From Cenococcum geophilum (lineage: Eukaryota): a DNA stretch of 64,000 nucleotides. The first letter of the stretch is position 1; the number at the start of each line of letters is the position of its first letter. This document shows, piece by piece, positions 22,291-35,179 of the stretch. The DNA lies in contig CP158635.1 in the NCBI GenBank assembly GCA_050273025.1, positions 26,908,001-26,972,000 on the forward strand, written 5' to 3'. The notes under the pieces were generated by a model that saw only the letters and a list, made by a program, of their open reading frames with translations, searched no databases and was not told where the DNA came from. The translations under genes were made by a program, and so were the position numbers.

Positions 22291-22658
22291 AAGAGATGAC
22301 CTAACCTTCCAGGTTTTCAAAGTAGTATGGCCTGAGCTGGCTGGTGACTCGGAAAAGGTTACTACAATGAAGTGGTGTAAAGAAAAGATATATGTAAAAG
22401 TAAGATGATTTGTCGTGATACGTGAAGGATATAACTATTGCTCTTGCTTATAAGCCTTAGACATCCTATCTACCATTAAGAGATGACTTGACCTAGGTGT
22501 TCAAAGTAGTATGGCCTGAGCTGGCTGGTGACTCGGAGAAGGTTACTACAATGGAGTGGTGTAAAGAAAAGATATATGTAAAAGTAAGATGGTTTGTTAT
22601 GGTACGTGAAGGATAACTGTTGCTGGTGCTTGTGAGCCTTAAACATCCTATCTGCTAT
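22291..22658. repeat. Diverged tandem duplication, 2 x about 185 bp
   Basis: Units at 22291-22477 and 22478-22658 both read AAGAGATGAC..CAAAGTAGTATGGCCTGAGCTGGCTGGTGACTCGG..ACATCCTATCT. Confidence 0.9.
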
Positions 22659-23818
22659 AGAATTTTACAGTAAGACTAACTATCGTAGACATATCTAAAT
22701 ATACGGAGGAAAAGGTGCCTCGAATAAGGTGAAAGGCTATCATACGATTATTTATACTGGGAGTGCAGCACCGCAACCACTAGATACAGAGACGACTGAC
22801 TATTGGGATTAACTGCTTCGACCGATTCGAGTTACGTCTCACCAGAAATACGAAAGCTCGACCCTGTCTCGTATAAGTTTCTATAAAATTTACAATGTGG
22901 AGCACAATGTTAAGGTTTACGACTTTGGGCAGGTCCATAGAGATTCGGAGTTTTGGCTGCAATACCAATTTAAGTCGGCTTGGGGTATTGATCCGAATAG
23001 CGCATTAGTGAGGTAGGTGGCTTGCCACTAGACTCAATTAAAGAATCTACAAGTATTTTAGCGAAGTATTTTACTTAGTACTACTCCATAAGTTATTCGA
23101 AGTTTGCTTGCGAGAAAATGGTAGAATCTCTCTTTGCCATCATGAATGCATTAACTGGATAACATACCTAATGTCTTCCATTTTAGTCTAATACCCATAT
23201 AGATACACTAAGACTTCAATATTATGAATTATACAGCCTTCATCGTTCGTACTTCGTCTAAAAGGAAAACCTCATAAGTTAGTTGTTCTGGGGATCCACT
23301 ACAAAAGGCAATAGAAAGTGGAGAGGCTCGGATAAAGTAATGAAAAAGACGGCAAAAGCGCTTCACATGACCGGGAGTCTGCAGAGTTTCACGTGGGACG
23401 GCTAGTGCATATCCTGCAGGAAAAGTCTCGATGAGTGTGTGCTTACTATACATGAAAGCCCGGGGTACGACCGTAATCGACGGCCGTCTCGCGGATGCCT
23501 GCGACAACCCTGAATCCCTACCCGCTGCCGCTGCTGCGTTTCGTTGGCAATGCAGCCGTGGAATGCGCGACACCCTTTCAATTGGTGCCGACAAGTTCCA
23601 ATCAAAGGCTTTAGCTGTCATCTGTTCGTATTCGTGAATGTAGGCCGTTCTGTCCCGGGTGCTTGGTCGAACGGGCAATGACGCAAAGTACAGAAGTCGG
23701 CACGAAAGAAAAGCTAGTGGTTTAAAGACCGTTTTTCTTAATAGAATATGTGGTATCAACCCTTGAAACAGAATACCCGAACATCTAAATCCTGAAATAT
23801 CACTCACACCATTTCCCC

Positions 23819-26800
23819 TGTCACGGAACCCCACCGCAGGGGCCTCCATAGGAGAGCCCCGTGCTCTCGCGTACACCTCGCGTACAGCTTATGTCAGCTA
23901 CGCGTAGGTATATCACCTCCTTACGCCCTCGACCCTTACGATCGATCGCGCAACGTCTTGTAGACTCCTCGAATACATACGTCTTGTAGCCACTGCCCCG
24001 TCCCGTGACATTACGTTGCGCCTTTTTACTACTAACACCCAGCCTACGACCAATTCTACGTCTCTGCAATACTACAGGCGCTACTAAAAGCAGCGTACCT
24101 ACGAGTTACCTTACTTTATACTTCCAAGGAACCTACAATAGTAAGACAATATTCCTTACTAGCCACTATATTAAACCCAAAGAATAATCCAATACCTATA
24201 CTTAACCTACAACGCCAATTAATCCCAGGAGAATTTAATTTATTAGCCCTAGCCTTAACCCCTAAGGAGATGGATACCAATAATGTCTTATCTTTTATTA
24301 ACTATATAACTACGGATAAGCAAGCGGAAGGGCTACTACCCATTAAAATTAAAATATGAGACGCTGAGACGTTCGCAAAAATGGTAGCACGAGAACCTAA
24401 TAAATACTACCGCCTTCTATAAAACTACCACCTAAAGCTTATATAAGCCAAGATGCGTACTACCTAAGATCGCGATATCATCCAAGATCTATAAGCTCGC
24501 GAGGCGCTTGCTAATAACACGCGTTAAGAAACTAAAGATAACCTCCGCGTATCTAAACGCGACGTCTAATAGTTAAAGAAGGCTAAGATTGCACTTATTA
24601 CTACGGTTACTAAAAGAGAAGGTATAATTAAATACCTATAATCTTAGCTTAATAAGTATATTCGTAATAACGCCAGACACCTCTCTACTGCATATAACGC
24701 TACTTAAGTCTCTACGCCTCTAGCAACTTTACCTACTTAACGCTTAACGGAGAGTTAGCGCTAAGCAGCCTTACCTAATAGGAACCCCTACTAAAGCGAT
24801 AATAAAAGCTATAATAACTAAACCTAAGCTGCCACCGTAGGGTCTAATATACGTTACCTTAATCCCCTAGTTTTCTAGGGAGACTGCAAAAAATATAGCT
24901 ACTAGAAGATATAAATCCGCAAGAAACTAACTTAGAGCGCCTGCCTTTTTCCTATAGAAGATACTAAAATTAGCTATATTATCGGGCGAATAAAGGGTAT
25001 ACTATTTAATAGACTCTTCGCTTAATAGGAGACTAATAGCCCCTAAAAGTAGCAATCCTACTAAAAAGTCCTTAACAATCTTAACCTAATATACCGCGAC
25101 TATAACCTACTAGCCACTAAGCTAAATTACGTGCCCTAAAGATAAGCCCTACTAAATCATTTAATAAGTTCTATATTAAATTCTAGAAATACACCGGAGC
25201 CCTTACCTAAGACAATACTAAAGACCAAAAAGATCTCCTTAAAAAAGTTACTTATCGCCTTAGTTATACAGCCACTAGCTACAACTACAATAATATTTAT
25301 AATATGGTAGCAGCTATACGGAAAATTAAACGACGACTAAATTAGATCGCTACTATAAACCTTTACCTAAAGACCTCCTTATAGAAGCCCTCCGGACCTA
25401 CTAAACTACTAACGCCTACTACCCTAAGCAACACTACTAGTCCTAATATTAACCTTTCTATACTAACCTTCCCGTAAAAGCTACTAGACGGAGAATATAA
25501 GCTACTCTAAAAGCTAAAGCGTTGCTATAGATATTATTAAGAAGGCTATTATAGCTATAGCCTAAACTGCCTAATAGCTAAGTTTAGTAGCTGCCGCCTA
25601 ATACCTAACCTAGTACCTTAAACACCAAATATATTATTATATACCACTACTATATAAAACAAAAATATAGTAATAGCGGTAGAGTCGGATATAGAAACGG
25701 AAAACACTAAGTCCTAGCCCTAAGTTATAGGTTAGGACGCCCTAATAATAAGGGGATCTATATATCGGCCTACTTAATAAATAACTTAGTAAAGATAAAT
25801 AGACGGAAATAGATAGTTTTACCTATAATAGGAACTACTGCTAAAAAATAATATAAAAGCCGTTTTATAATTAATTACGGAGCTACTAATAAATTTATAG
25901 ATACTTAATTCGTGCGCACTTATAACCTACCTACTTTACCCCTTACTAAAGCCCGCGCCTTATAACTTGCTAATAGTAGTTATACCACATAGAAGATTAC
26001 CTATATAGCATAACTCCACCTAGATATAAATAGGCACTAGGAAGAACTTTAGGCCTATATTATACTACTTACTAACTACCCTATTATCCTTAGAATAAAC
26101 TAGCTCAAACAATATAACCCCACCATTAACTAGAAAAAGAAAAAAGCAACCTTTAACTCTAAATACTATAGAGAGACCTACCTAGGATATAGCCTAGCCG
26201 CCTCTATTTACTCCCTAGAATACTAACCTAAGGAACCCCTTATTACCCTACCTATAACTAACTACTACTATATAAGTGCCGCGGCCTTCTACCGTATAGT
26301 ATATAGAAAAGGCTAGACTATTACCGCAGCCTTTTAATTATAACTATATAAGCTTAATAAAGAACAGGATTATATCCTTTATAGTAACAGGATAAATATA
26401 GTTAACCTTTTAGAAAACAATGCCCCCGCAAAACTCTATAAACTTTTACCTTTAGACTTTAAGAAGTTTATAAAGCTTAAAAAAGGACTTACTAATAAGG
26501 AACTCCGTAAGCTCCTCCCTAAGAGGTACTATAACTTTATTAATATATACTTATAAAAGAGCGTAAATATACTCCCCCTATATTAACCTAATAACTATAC
26601 TATTAATATTAAATAAGAAAAAACGCTACCCTATAAGAGACCCTACCTAATATTAAAAAACAAACTTTTAATTATTAAAAAGTATATCAACAAATACCTT
26701 AATAAAGGGTTTATTCGCCCCAGCATATCCCTAGCAGCCGCCCCTATCCTCCTTACTAAGAAGCTAGGAGGAGGTATTTAATTCTATATTAACTATAAAG

Positions 26801-29800
26801 GACTTAACGCTATTACAATTAAGAACTAATACCCTATACCGCTTATACGTAAAACTCTTAAGCGGCTTAGCTAAGCTAAAATCTATACTAAGCTTAATAT
26901 TATCGCCGCCTTTAACCGCCTCTAAATATAAGAAGGTAATAAATGGAAAACCGCATTCGCATTGCGCTTTGGCCAATTTAAATATACTATTATGCCCTTT
27001 AGCATATATAACGGCCTAGGCAGCTTCTAAAGCTATATTAATAACGCCTTACGGGACTACCTTAACGACTTCTACTCTACGTACCTAGACAATATACTTA
27101 TTTACAGCAATAACCCTTCTAAGCATACTAAGCACGTTTAAAAGGTCCTACAGCGCCTTAGGGACGTAGGACTTTATATTAATTTAAAGAAGTACGAATT
27201 CTTAGTTATAGAAGTAAAATACCTTAAACTAATCGTCACTACTAAGGGTGTCCGTATAGACCCCAAGAAGGTATACACAATTACTAAATAACAAACCCCT
27301 AACTGCATTAAAGACATATAAGCTTTCCTTAGTTTCGCCAACTTCTATTAAAAATTTATATACAACTTCTCAGGTGTTATAGCACTACTTATAGCAATAA
27401 TATAAATAAAGGGCCTTTCTATAAAAGGAAGAAAAATATATTTACGTTTTATTTAGACACCTAAATATAAGAAGGCGTTCTAAGACCTTAAAAATACTTT
27501 TACTAAAGCACCTATCCTAGCTTACTTTATACTAGGACAACAACTCTATTTTAAAACTAACTCCTTAAACTACGTTAACGCAAATATCCTTTTCTAGATA
27601 GGCAATAACAGTTTCCTCCACCTAGTTGTATTCTATTTATCTAAGCTTATACCATAAGAATATAACTATAAGATCTATAATAAGGAACTTCTCGCAATTA
27701 TATAAGCGTTTAAGGAATTCTAACCGGAATTCTCCTTAGCAGAACCTAACTAGCTAACTAAAGTCCTTACGGATTATTATAACCTTAAGTACTTTATAAC
27801 TATAAAATAGCTAAACTAATGCCAAGTACGCTAGAACGAGTTCCTCTCTAGTTTTAACTTTAAAATCGTATATAGGCTAGGAGTATAAGGTACTAAGCCT
27901 AATAGCCTAATACGCCGCTTATAAGACCTTCCTTAGTCTAAAAATAACCCCTATAACTAGTTCCAACAATAGACGATCCTAAAAGCACAGAATTTAGCCC
28001 TAGGTATACTACCTACAATAAAGCTAATTATACCTTAGCTCTATACTACAGAACTAGAATTACCTCCTAAAATTAATAAGCTTATTACTACGGCATATAA
28101 CACCTCTATTAACCTATTACTGCATTAACTTATTACCGCAAAGACCGCCAGCGCCCGTACGCTACCAACTAAACTCTAAAGCTTAGGCCAGATTAATATA
28201 GCAGCTTTAGAAGTAAAAGAGAACAGGCTCTATTATAGAGGCCGTCTATTTATCCCTAACTTAAAAAATCTACAACGGTAACTAATCTAAATAGCCCACG
28301 ACCTCTAATTAAGCGGCCACCTAGGCAGAGGAGGAACCTATAAGCTTCTTAGCCGATACTACTTCTGGCCTAAAATAATAGACTTAGTTAAACACTTTAT
28401 AGGCGCCTACTACAGTTATAAGCGCGCTAAGGCCTTTAATATAAAGTACCAAGGACTACTATACCCTCTACCAGTACCCATACGACAATAGGCAGATATC
28501 GCTATAGATTTCGTTATTAACCTACTACCCTATAAGCGACATAGCCGTACCTATAAGAACATCCTTATAATAATATACCGACTTATAAAAGAGCGCCACT
28601 ACATCCCAACCGAAGGCATAGCCGTTAGCAACGTCACTAACGCCTTCCTTCGCGAAATCTACCAATTATATAGGTTACCTAACTTAATTACGTCCGACTA
28701 AGGCATATAGTTTGGCTCTAATATATAGAGACGAATCTACTAACGCCTTAGTATCTCTATTAAGATATCTACATCCTTCTACTATAAAACTGCTGGGCAA
28801 CCGGAAAACGCTAATGCTAGTATAAAAGTGTACCTATAATAGGTAGTCGCCTATAGTTAAGATAACTGGGTAGATTACCTCCTACTAGGTAAATTCGCAG
28901 CAAATAACTATATCTTAACTACTACAGGACTTACCCCGTTCTTCATAAACAAAAAATATCACCCCTAATCCGGCATAGAACCACCAGAACCTATTAATAA
29001 AAAACTACCATATGGAAAACGCCTTAAGATACTACTTACTAACCAGTATATAGACTATATAAAAAATCTACTTAACTACTATAAGGGAGAAATAGCCTAG
29101 GCTTAAGCAAAGCAGGCCTACTTCGCTAATTATTATAGAACGCCACCACCGGAGATACGTGTTGGCGACTAGGTATAGCTAAATATACGCAATATCTCTA
29201 TATAGAGGCCTATAAAGTCACTTAATTATAAAAACCTCAGCCCCTACCCAATTAAACGAGTTATTAATAGGGGAGCCGTATATAAGCTAGAGCTCCTACC
29301 TACCCTAGCTATCCGCGGGATATAGCCTATATTTTACCTATAGCTACTACACCTTTACTAGCCTAACCCCTTACCGGGGCAGATATAGCTTAAACCCCTA
29401 CTAGTACTAATCCGAGATAAGAACAAAGACGAGAACTATAAGGAGTGGACCGTTAAACGAATTATTAACTCTAAATACTTTAGCAAAGGCAGAGGACAAC
29501 GGCTTTACTACAGAGCTATATATACAGGATTCGATATAGACTAGCTAGAATAGCAACTATAGGAAGACTTTAAAAATGCAAAGGATCTAATTAGCGACTT
29601 TTACTACGCGAACCTATAGAAACCAGGCCTAAGCAGAGATTTTATACCTAATCCTCTATGGGAGCCCTTATAGAGTTAAACCGTTATACATTGCCATATA
29701 GGGGTAAATTACTGTTAAATTACCGTTAAATTACGGTAAAGTGCGATTACATAACTGGAATATTATTAAGATGTCCAGGAACTTTAACCGGCAGTTAAAG

Positions 29801-30159
29801 TTATCTAATTAGTCGGATTCTTAGATGCCAAGCCTTATTATATAATATTATTTTAAGCCTTTAGCAATACCCCCCTTTTCTTCTTTTTTATACCCTAAGT
29901 GTCCCTTCTACATATATATAGTAACCACAGCGTCGCCGGAGCTCCGCCTCTATAGGAGGGGGGGTAGTGTTATAGAACCCTACCGCAGGGGCCTCCATAG
30001 GAGAGCCCCGTACTCTCACGTACACCTCGCGTACAGCTTATATTAGCTACGCGTAGGTATATCACCTCCTTACGCCCTTGACCCTTATAATTGATCGCGT
30101 AACGTCTTATAAACTCCTCAAATACATACGTCTTATAGCCACTGCCCCGTCCCGTAACA
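23819..30159 (+). mobile_element. Full-length Ty3/Gypsy chromovirus LTR retrotransposon, RIP-inactivated
   Basis: 192-bp LTRs at 23819-24010 and 29968-30159 (TG..CA); TSD TCCCC; PPT AGGAGGGGGGG. Degenerate gag, protease, RT (YLDNILIYS), RNase H, integrase and C-terminal chromodomain (EWTVKRIINSK..LYY), with many TAA/TAG stops. Confidence 0.95.
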
Positions 30160-30288
30160 TCCCCTATATTTAATGTACATACATATACCTCTAGCTAGAA
30201 CGCAAAGTAGCCAAACAAAAGGGGAATCTTTTTTTAGCTTTAAAGCACTCGTCTATATTTCCACCGTCTTAAAATGTCCCCATATTTG

Positions 30289-31643
30289 TTATTGCTAGCT
30301 TAGCATATACTTAAATTTTTCAATCTATTAAAATAACCTAAGTTAGTAAATAGTCGTTTTTATAATGCTTTAAATTGCCTAAGGAGCTAAGTTAATAAAT
30401 TCCCTTACCTTTGTTAATAAATACTTCTCTACTTCTTCGCTCCTAATACCTAACTTTCCCCCTATTTTTTACGCTAGCGGAATTATAGCTACCCGCTCCT
30501 TAACTATAACCTCTCTATTAGGCCCCTTAACTGCGCAGACTTTGTCTAGGTTATTTATTAATAGCCAAATCCCTCTCTTACCACCTAATCCCAAATCTAT
30601 TAGTATTACAGTCGCCAATCTATAACTCCTCGCATTAGCCGGATGTTGTAATAATATATTAGCTTCGTATATATCGTTCCTAAGATCTTATAAGTTATAC
30701 GCTTTTAGCTTCTCCCCTAGCCTAATCCCTCTCCCTTCTTACTAGAGATAGATAATTGCGCCACTAGAGGATAAAACGTTTAGGAAAGACATTAAACAAG
30801 CTGCTTTGTTAAGCTATTTGCCGCAGTTATAGCGCGCAAACTAGACAGTTTCGCTAGTATAGCATTCCAAATAAATACGGACGAGAGGTGGTACGGGTAA
30901 AAAGTCCAAAGGCTATACCGCCCCAGCCCTTTTTAGAATAGCACCATTCAGCATAGAATTTGCTAACGAAGTTAAACTCACTCCTAATACTGCTCCTTCT
31001 CTTACTTTAGTTAATTTTAATAGCACCGCTTTCCGCGCACTCACACCCTCCTCCTACCGTATCTACTCTACTCGGCTGCTCGTTCGTCCTAGATACAGCC
31101 AGCCTATATACACGCCTCTTATCATCCGATCAAATTCGGTCTCACTAGGCCTTTCGGCATCTAGGCTTTAACTCCTTATTTCGCTACCAAACACAATAGT
31201 TAGATATTCCTTATTATCCACATTATTCCGGTAGACGTGCAAAAACATCTTATAGCCAGTCATTATGGGGATCCGCGCGCGCACTTCGCATTTAACAATT
31301 AGGAGAGAATTTAGAAGCATAAAAGCGGAGCCGGGGTTTTTAAGAAATATATCTATAGGCACAAAGCGGGGGTTCAGGTTCGGGGTTAAGCGGCCCAGCG
31401 TCAATAGAGGCGTAAAGGCAGGAGAGATTAGGGACGGCGGGAAGTTTTACGCGTACAATTAGCCAGCCGCATCCGCGCGTGTTTATATAGATGCTTCGTG
31501 CATAAGGTTAAGGCCTAAGATTTAGTGAGTTAGGGATTACACTTGCGGCAAGTGAATGGAAGGGAAAGCCGGTAAGGCGTAGGCTAGTAGGTCGGAAATC
31601 ATAATTTTATAGGGGGTCTAATGCTATTCTAGTAGTAAGGCAT
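30289..31643 (-). pseudogene. rib1: RIP-destroyed GTP cyclohydrolase II (riboflavin biosynthesis)
   Basis: Minus strand reads [86 protein letters not shown] and LLINNLDKV. Deviations examined fit C>T/G>A. Last intron at 30325-30408; 5' end approximate. Confidence 0.9.
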
Positions 31644-32207
31644 TTTAAGGTATTTAGGTTGGGTGTTTTTAGCATAAAGAGTCCACATTGTAGATTTGTA
31701 ATATTATATAGCACTAAGGCTTTTCTCTAATGCGGCGGGGACAGGGTAAGCCTCCGACGGGAATGAAATCTAGAGCGGAGTTAGCCCACGCCGACCCGCG
31801 GGCATTGTCAGCCGCTGCAATGTAACGAGTAAGCAAATCAAATCAGCCTCGCTACTTCGGAAACCGTAAAATCTTCCAAATTCAGCATGCCTTATATATC
31901 ATTTCTCGCTAAAACGGGGCAATAGAAGGCGAATTGCTTACTCATCCAAATGAATTAAATGTTACATCTATATAGAACTGTTCGAAGGGTCTTGGCGGCT
32001 TTTGATTGGTGACTTTCTTTAGCCAAGAAATACTAGTCACCTAATTCCTCACATACTACCCCATTAAAAATTTTCAACCCTTTTTCCACCCCTTATTACC
32101 ACTCTCTATATTTACTGCCCTAGTGCTCGAAAACCTATACTTTAAGATCCCTTTCCCGTCAACGCCAATTTGTTTTACTTACCCGAAATATTAATAAGAT
32201 AAAAGCT

Positions 32208-33930
32208 CTAATTATCCCGTCTTTCCCGTCCCCAAACTTTATTAATAGTTTTTTTGCCTTTTATCTTAGGTATAAACTAAGTAATAAAGATCTAAAAGAA
32301 TATAGCGAGACCCGTAAATATAAAATATACTTTCCTATAGAGACGCTTACTTGCGAGTAAGAAGAACTAAGTAATAATAAATATTATAGTCCAATTTGCA
32401 GCAAGTGCTAAGCTCTAAGTTACGCCTATAGCCTTTAAACCTACTAACTTACTAAAGAGGATAAATGGGACTAGACTAAGACTAAGACTAAAGCTTAAGA
32501 CAAATAACAGCACGGCAATAGCGGAGAGAATACTGGCGGAGTTTATAATACTAATTACTAAGAGTAGAGAGCTAATGCCCATTCCTATAATTAAATTTAG
32601 GAGACAAACCTTATAACTAAGTTTATCCATAAGTAGAGTATACTTAGCTATAACAATAATATTAATTACTAATACGCCAAGATTTAATAAAGCAGAGTTG
32701 GATTTTAGGAGGTCTAATAGCAGTAAGACGCTATATATAATAATGCTGTTAATGCCTAAAGTAGAAATTAGTATTAACACCTACTTTTTAGGGAGGGTTA
32801 TACTTACTATATAACTGCTATATAAGCATAACCATTATTACTACTATTATAGCCTTATTATACTTAGGATGTTAAATAACCTAAAGGATTCCTAATATCT
32901 CCTTCTTAGCTATCTTACGCTTTATAGTAGAAGCTGCGCTATAGTAGGACGTAAAATCTTTATTTTAGAAAAAAGTGGCCTCTTTATCTGTTTAGTAGGT
33001 TAGTATATAAAGTGGAGATATATAAAGCGAAACATACCGTCTACCTTATTAGAACTTTTAATTCCCCACTCGCTTACTTCTTCCCCTATATTAAACTTAT
33101 CTCCTCTAATCTTTTAAAGGGTCTTCCTTACTTTAGAAAGGCTTCCTTTATCTACTAACTATTTTAGGCTTTTAACAGCGAAGAATAGGCCAAATATTTA
33201 GATAAGTCTAATTAAACCACTAGCAGCTAAGATTATCCTCTAATACTACCCTCTGCTTAGGAAATATCTAAGTAGCTATATAATAAGAATTCTAAAGTTT
33301 ACTATAACCTAGGTAAAAGATCTAAAAAAGCCCTTTTCTGCGGGTGGTGTAATTTTAGAGACATAGATTGGTACTATAATAACTCCTACACTAGTACTAA
33401 TGCCTAATATAAATCTTCCAATAGTTATAACACTAATATTTAGTGCAATGGCCTTAAATATAGGCCCAATGGCGAAGAAAATAGTTGTGAATTGCATAGT
33501 TCTAAGACGTCTATACTTTACCGCAAATGGCCTAGTAGACAGTACACCAAGCAAACCTTTAAGTGTAAATATTAATTCTACAAAACCCTATTATATTGGG
33601 TCTATAGGTATATATTAAGGCAGTTTAACGCCAGCGGTAATAATAGAGGTCTTCTTATAGCGGATAATATCTTTAGGAGCGTTTAATTTAGCCTATATAT
33701 AATTAGCCTAGGTAGTGCAAGCGTTATTAGAGACTTAATTATACTAAGTAAAATCCAAAAAGAAGGGGACTAATGGTAGTAACGAGGAGTATATATATAA
33801 AGTAGGGTATAAGGTTTATAAGCCAAGTTTAGGGATTTATTATATAAGGCGTACGGAAGCTAGGCTTCTTAGGCTCTGCGAAGGTACCCTCTATAAGAGT
33901 ATTATACTGCAGCTAGTTGTTAGAAGCCAT
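32208..33930 (-). pseudogene. RIP-destroyed MFS sugar-porter (Vps73/YBR241C-like)
   Basis: GRFILGISTSVGVIIVPIYVSKITPPAEKGFFRSFT, LGINSIIIYSV..L, SFSLSLSLVPFIL.SKLV and C-terminal ...DEVWGRERRDD* (RIP-reverted); many stops. Confidence 0.85.
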
Positions 33931-35179
33931 CTTAGCCAATTATATAGATGCACGATATTAAAACAGCTACGCGTATAGGAAAATATAATAAAATTAAATA
34001 TAGCGAGTAATATATACCTTTACACGCTGTCTTTTAACCACAAGTAATGGCTATTATAGGCATATAATGCTTTTTACGTCGTTATTATTAAGTAGAACCA
34101 GCGGCGACTTTGCGGGGACCTCTAGCGCATAGTGTGAGTTGTTGGCGATGTTGTCGGAGTTGGCCGCGAGGGTGGGATTTGGAGGAACTGACGCAATAGA
34201 CTATGCCACGGTAATTCGGATGCCGAGTTTGCAGCCTAAGGACTAAGGCAGCCGAGAACGGGGCTAGCGTATAGCAACGGTGTTCTCCAAAAAACCACGT
34301 ATGCAGGAGCGTTTAAGCTAGAGCGTTTAAGCGGGAGAGTGTGTGGAAGATGGTTTAAGCGATTAACAGGTCTGGGTCCCGAAGAGCTTTAACCACTGCT
34401 CCAGATTTGGTGTAGCTCTCTACTATACGCTGTCTGCGGCTCTTCCAGACCATGCGGCTAAAGAGGCATCTTCTATAGCATTAGCTAGACTCGTCTTGCA
34501 ATATATCTACTCTATTTTATATATATACACTCTGTTAGTTCTACAACTCTTAAGCTAGGTATCTTTCTAAGTATCGCATCGCTTGCGTCGCGGCTCCTAT
34601 ATTAAAGTGGGCGCTAATCTTATCCGCCTTCCCCGGGGCCTTAGGCCTTAAGTCTTTAGCTTTATCGCTCCTTAATCTAAGTTTCCTATAAATTTTCTCT
34701 ACCAATTAGATGTCCCGTAGGCTATAGATACGAGATAAATTATCTATTAACCAATCCTCTATCCTCCGCGGGTAGGCCTCCCTTAGCGGCCTCCGCCTCC
34801 TAAGCTGCCTAAACTTAGACGCTTAAAAGTAGTGTTTATACTATATTTAATAGTCGGTATTATTACAGGCTAATGCCTTCCTTATTAACACTCTACCTAT
34901 TATTTTCCGCTCTTACATACTGCCTTTCCGCGCTTCCTTTTTACTATAAACGGTTATAGTTAAAGCGGAAATACGGACCTGCCCCTCTCTTAACTACCAG
35001 CTTTAAAAATCTTAAGATCGCTCCTTAGACTTAAGTTTTTAGCCTTCACGCTTATATAAACTTTTTTCCGCTTTTATTAGATGCCTTTTATTCTATATTC
35101 TTTCTAGACCTTATTTACTATTCTTTCGCTAATATAATTTTCCCTCCATTCGTTAGACCTATTAGACTCCTCTTAAGCT

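Noticed and set aside
23229..23876. 215-aa minus-strand ORF
   Set aside because: It starts inside the Gypsy LTR and runs through the duplicated rib1 3' flank; no recognisable domain.
34300..35150. Additional RIPped gene between the MFS and ssn3
   Set aside because: No recognisable motif on either strand; may be ssn3 leader or promoter.
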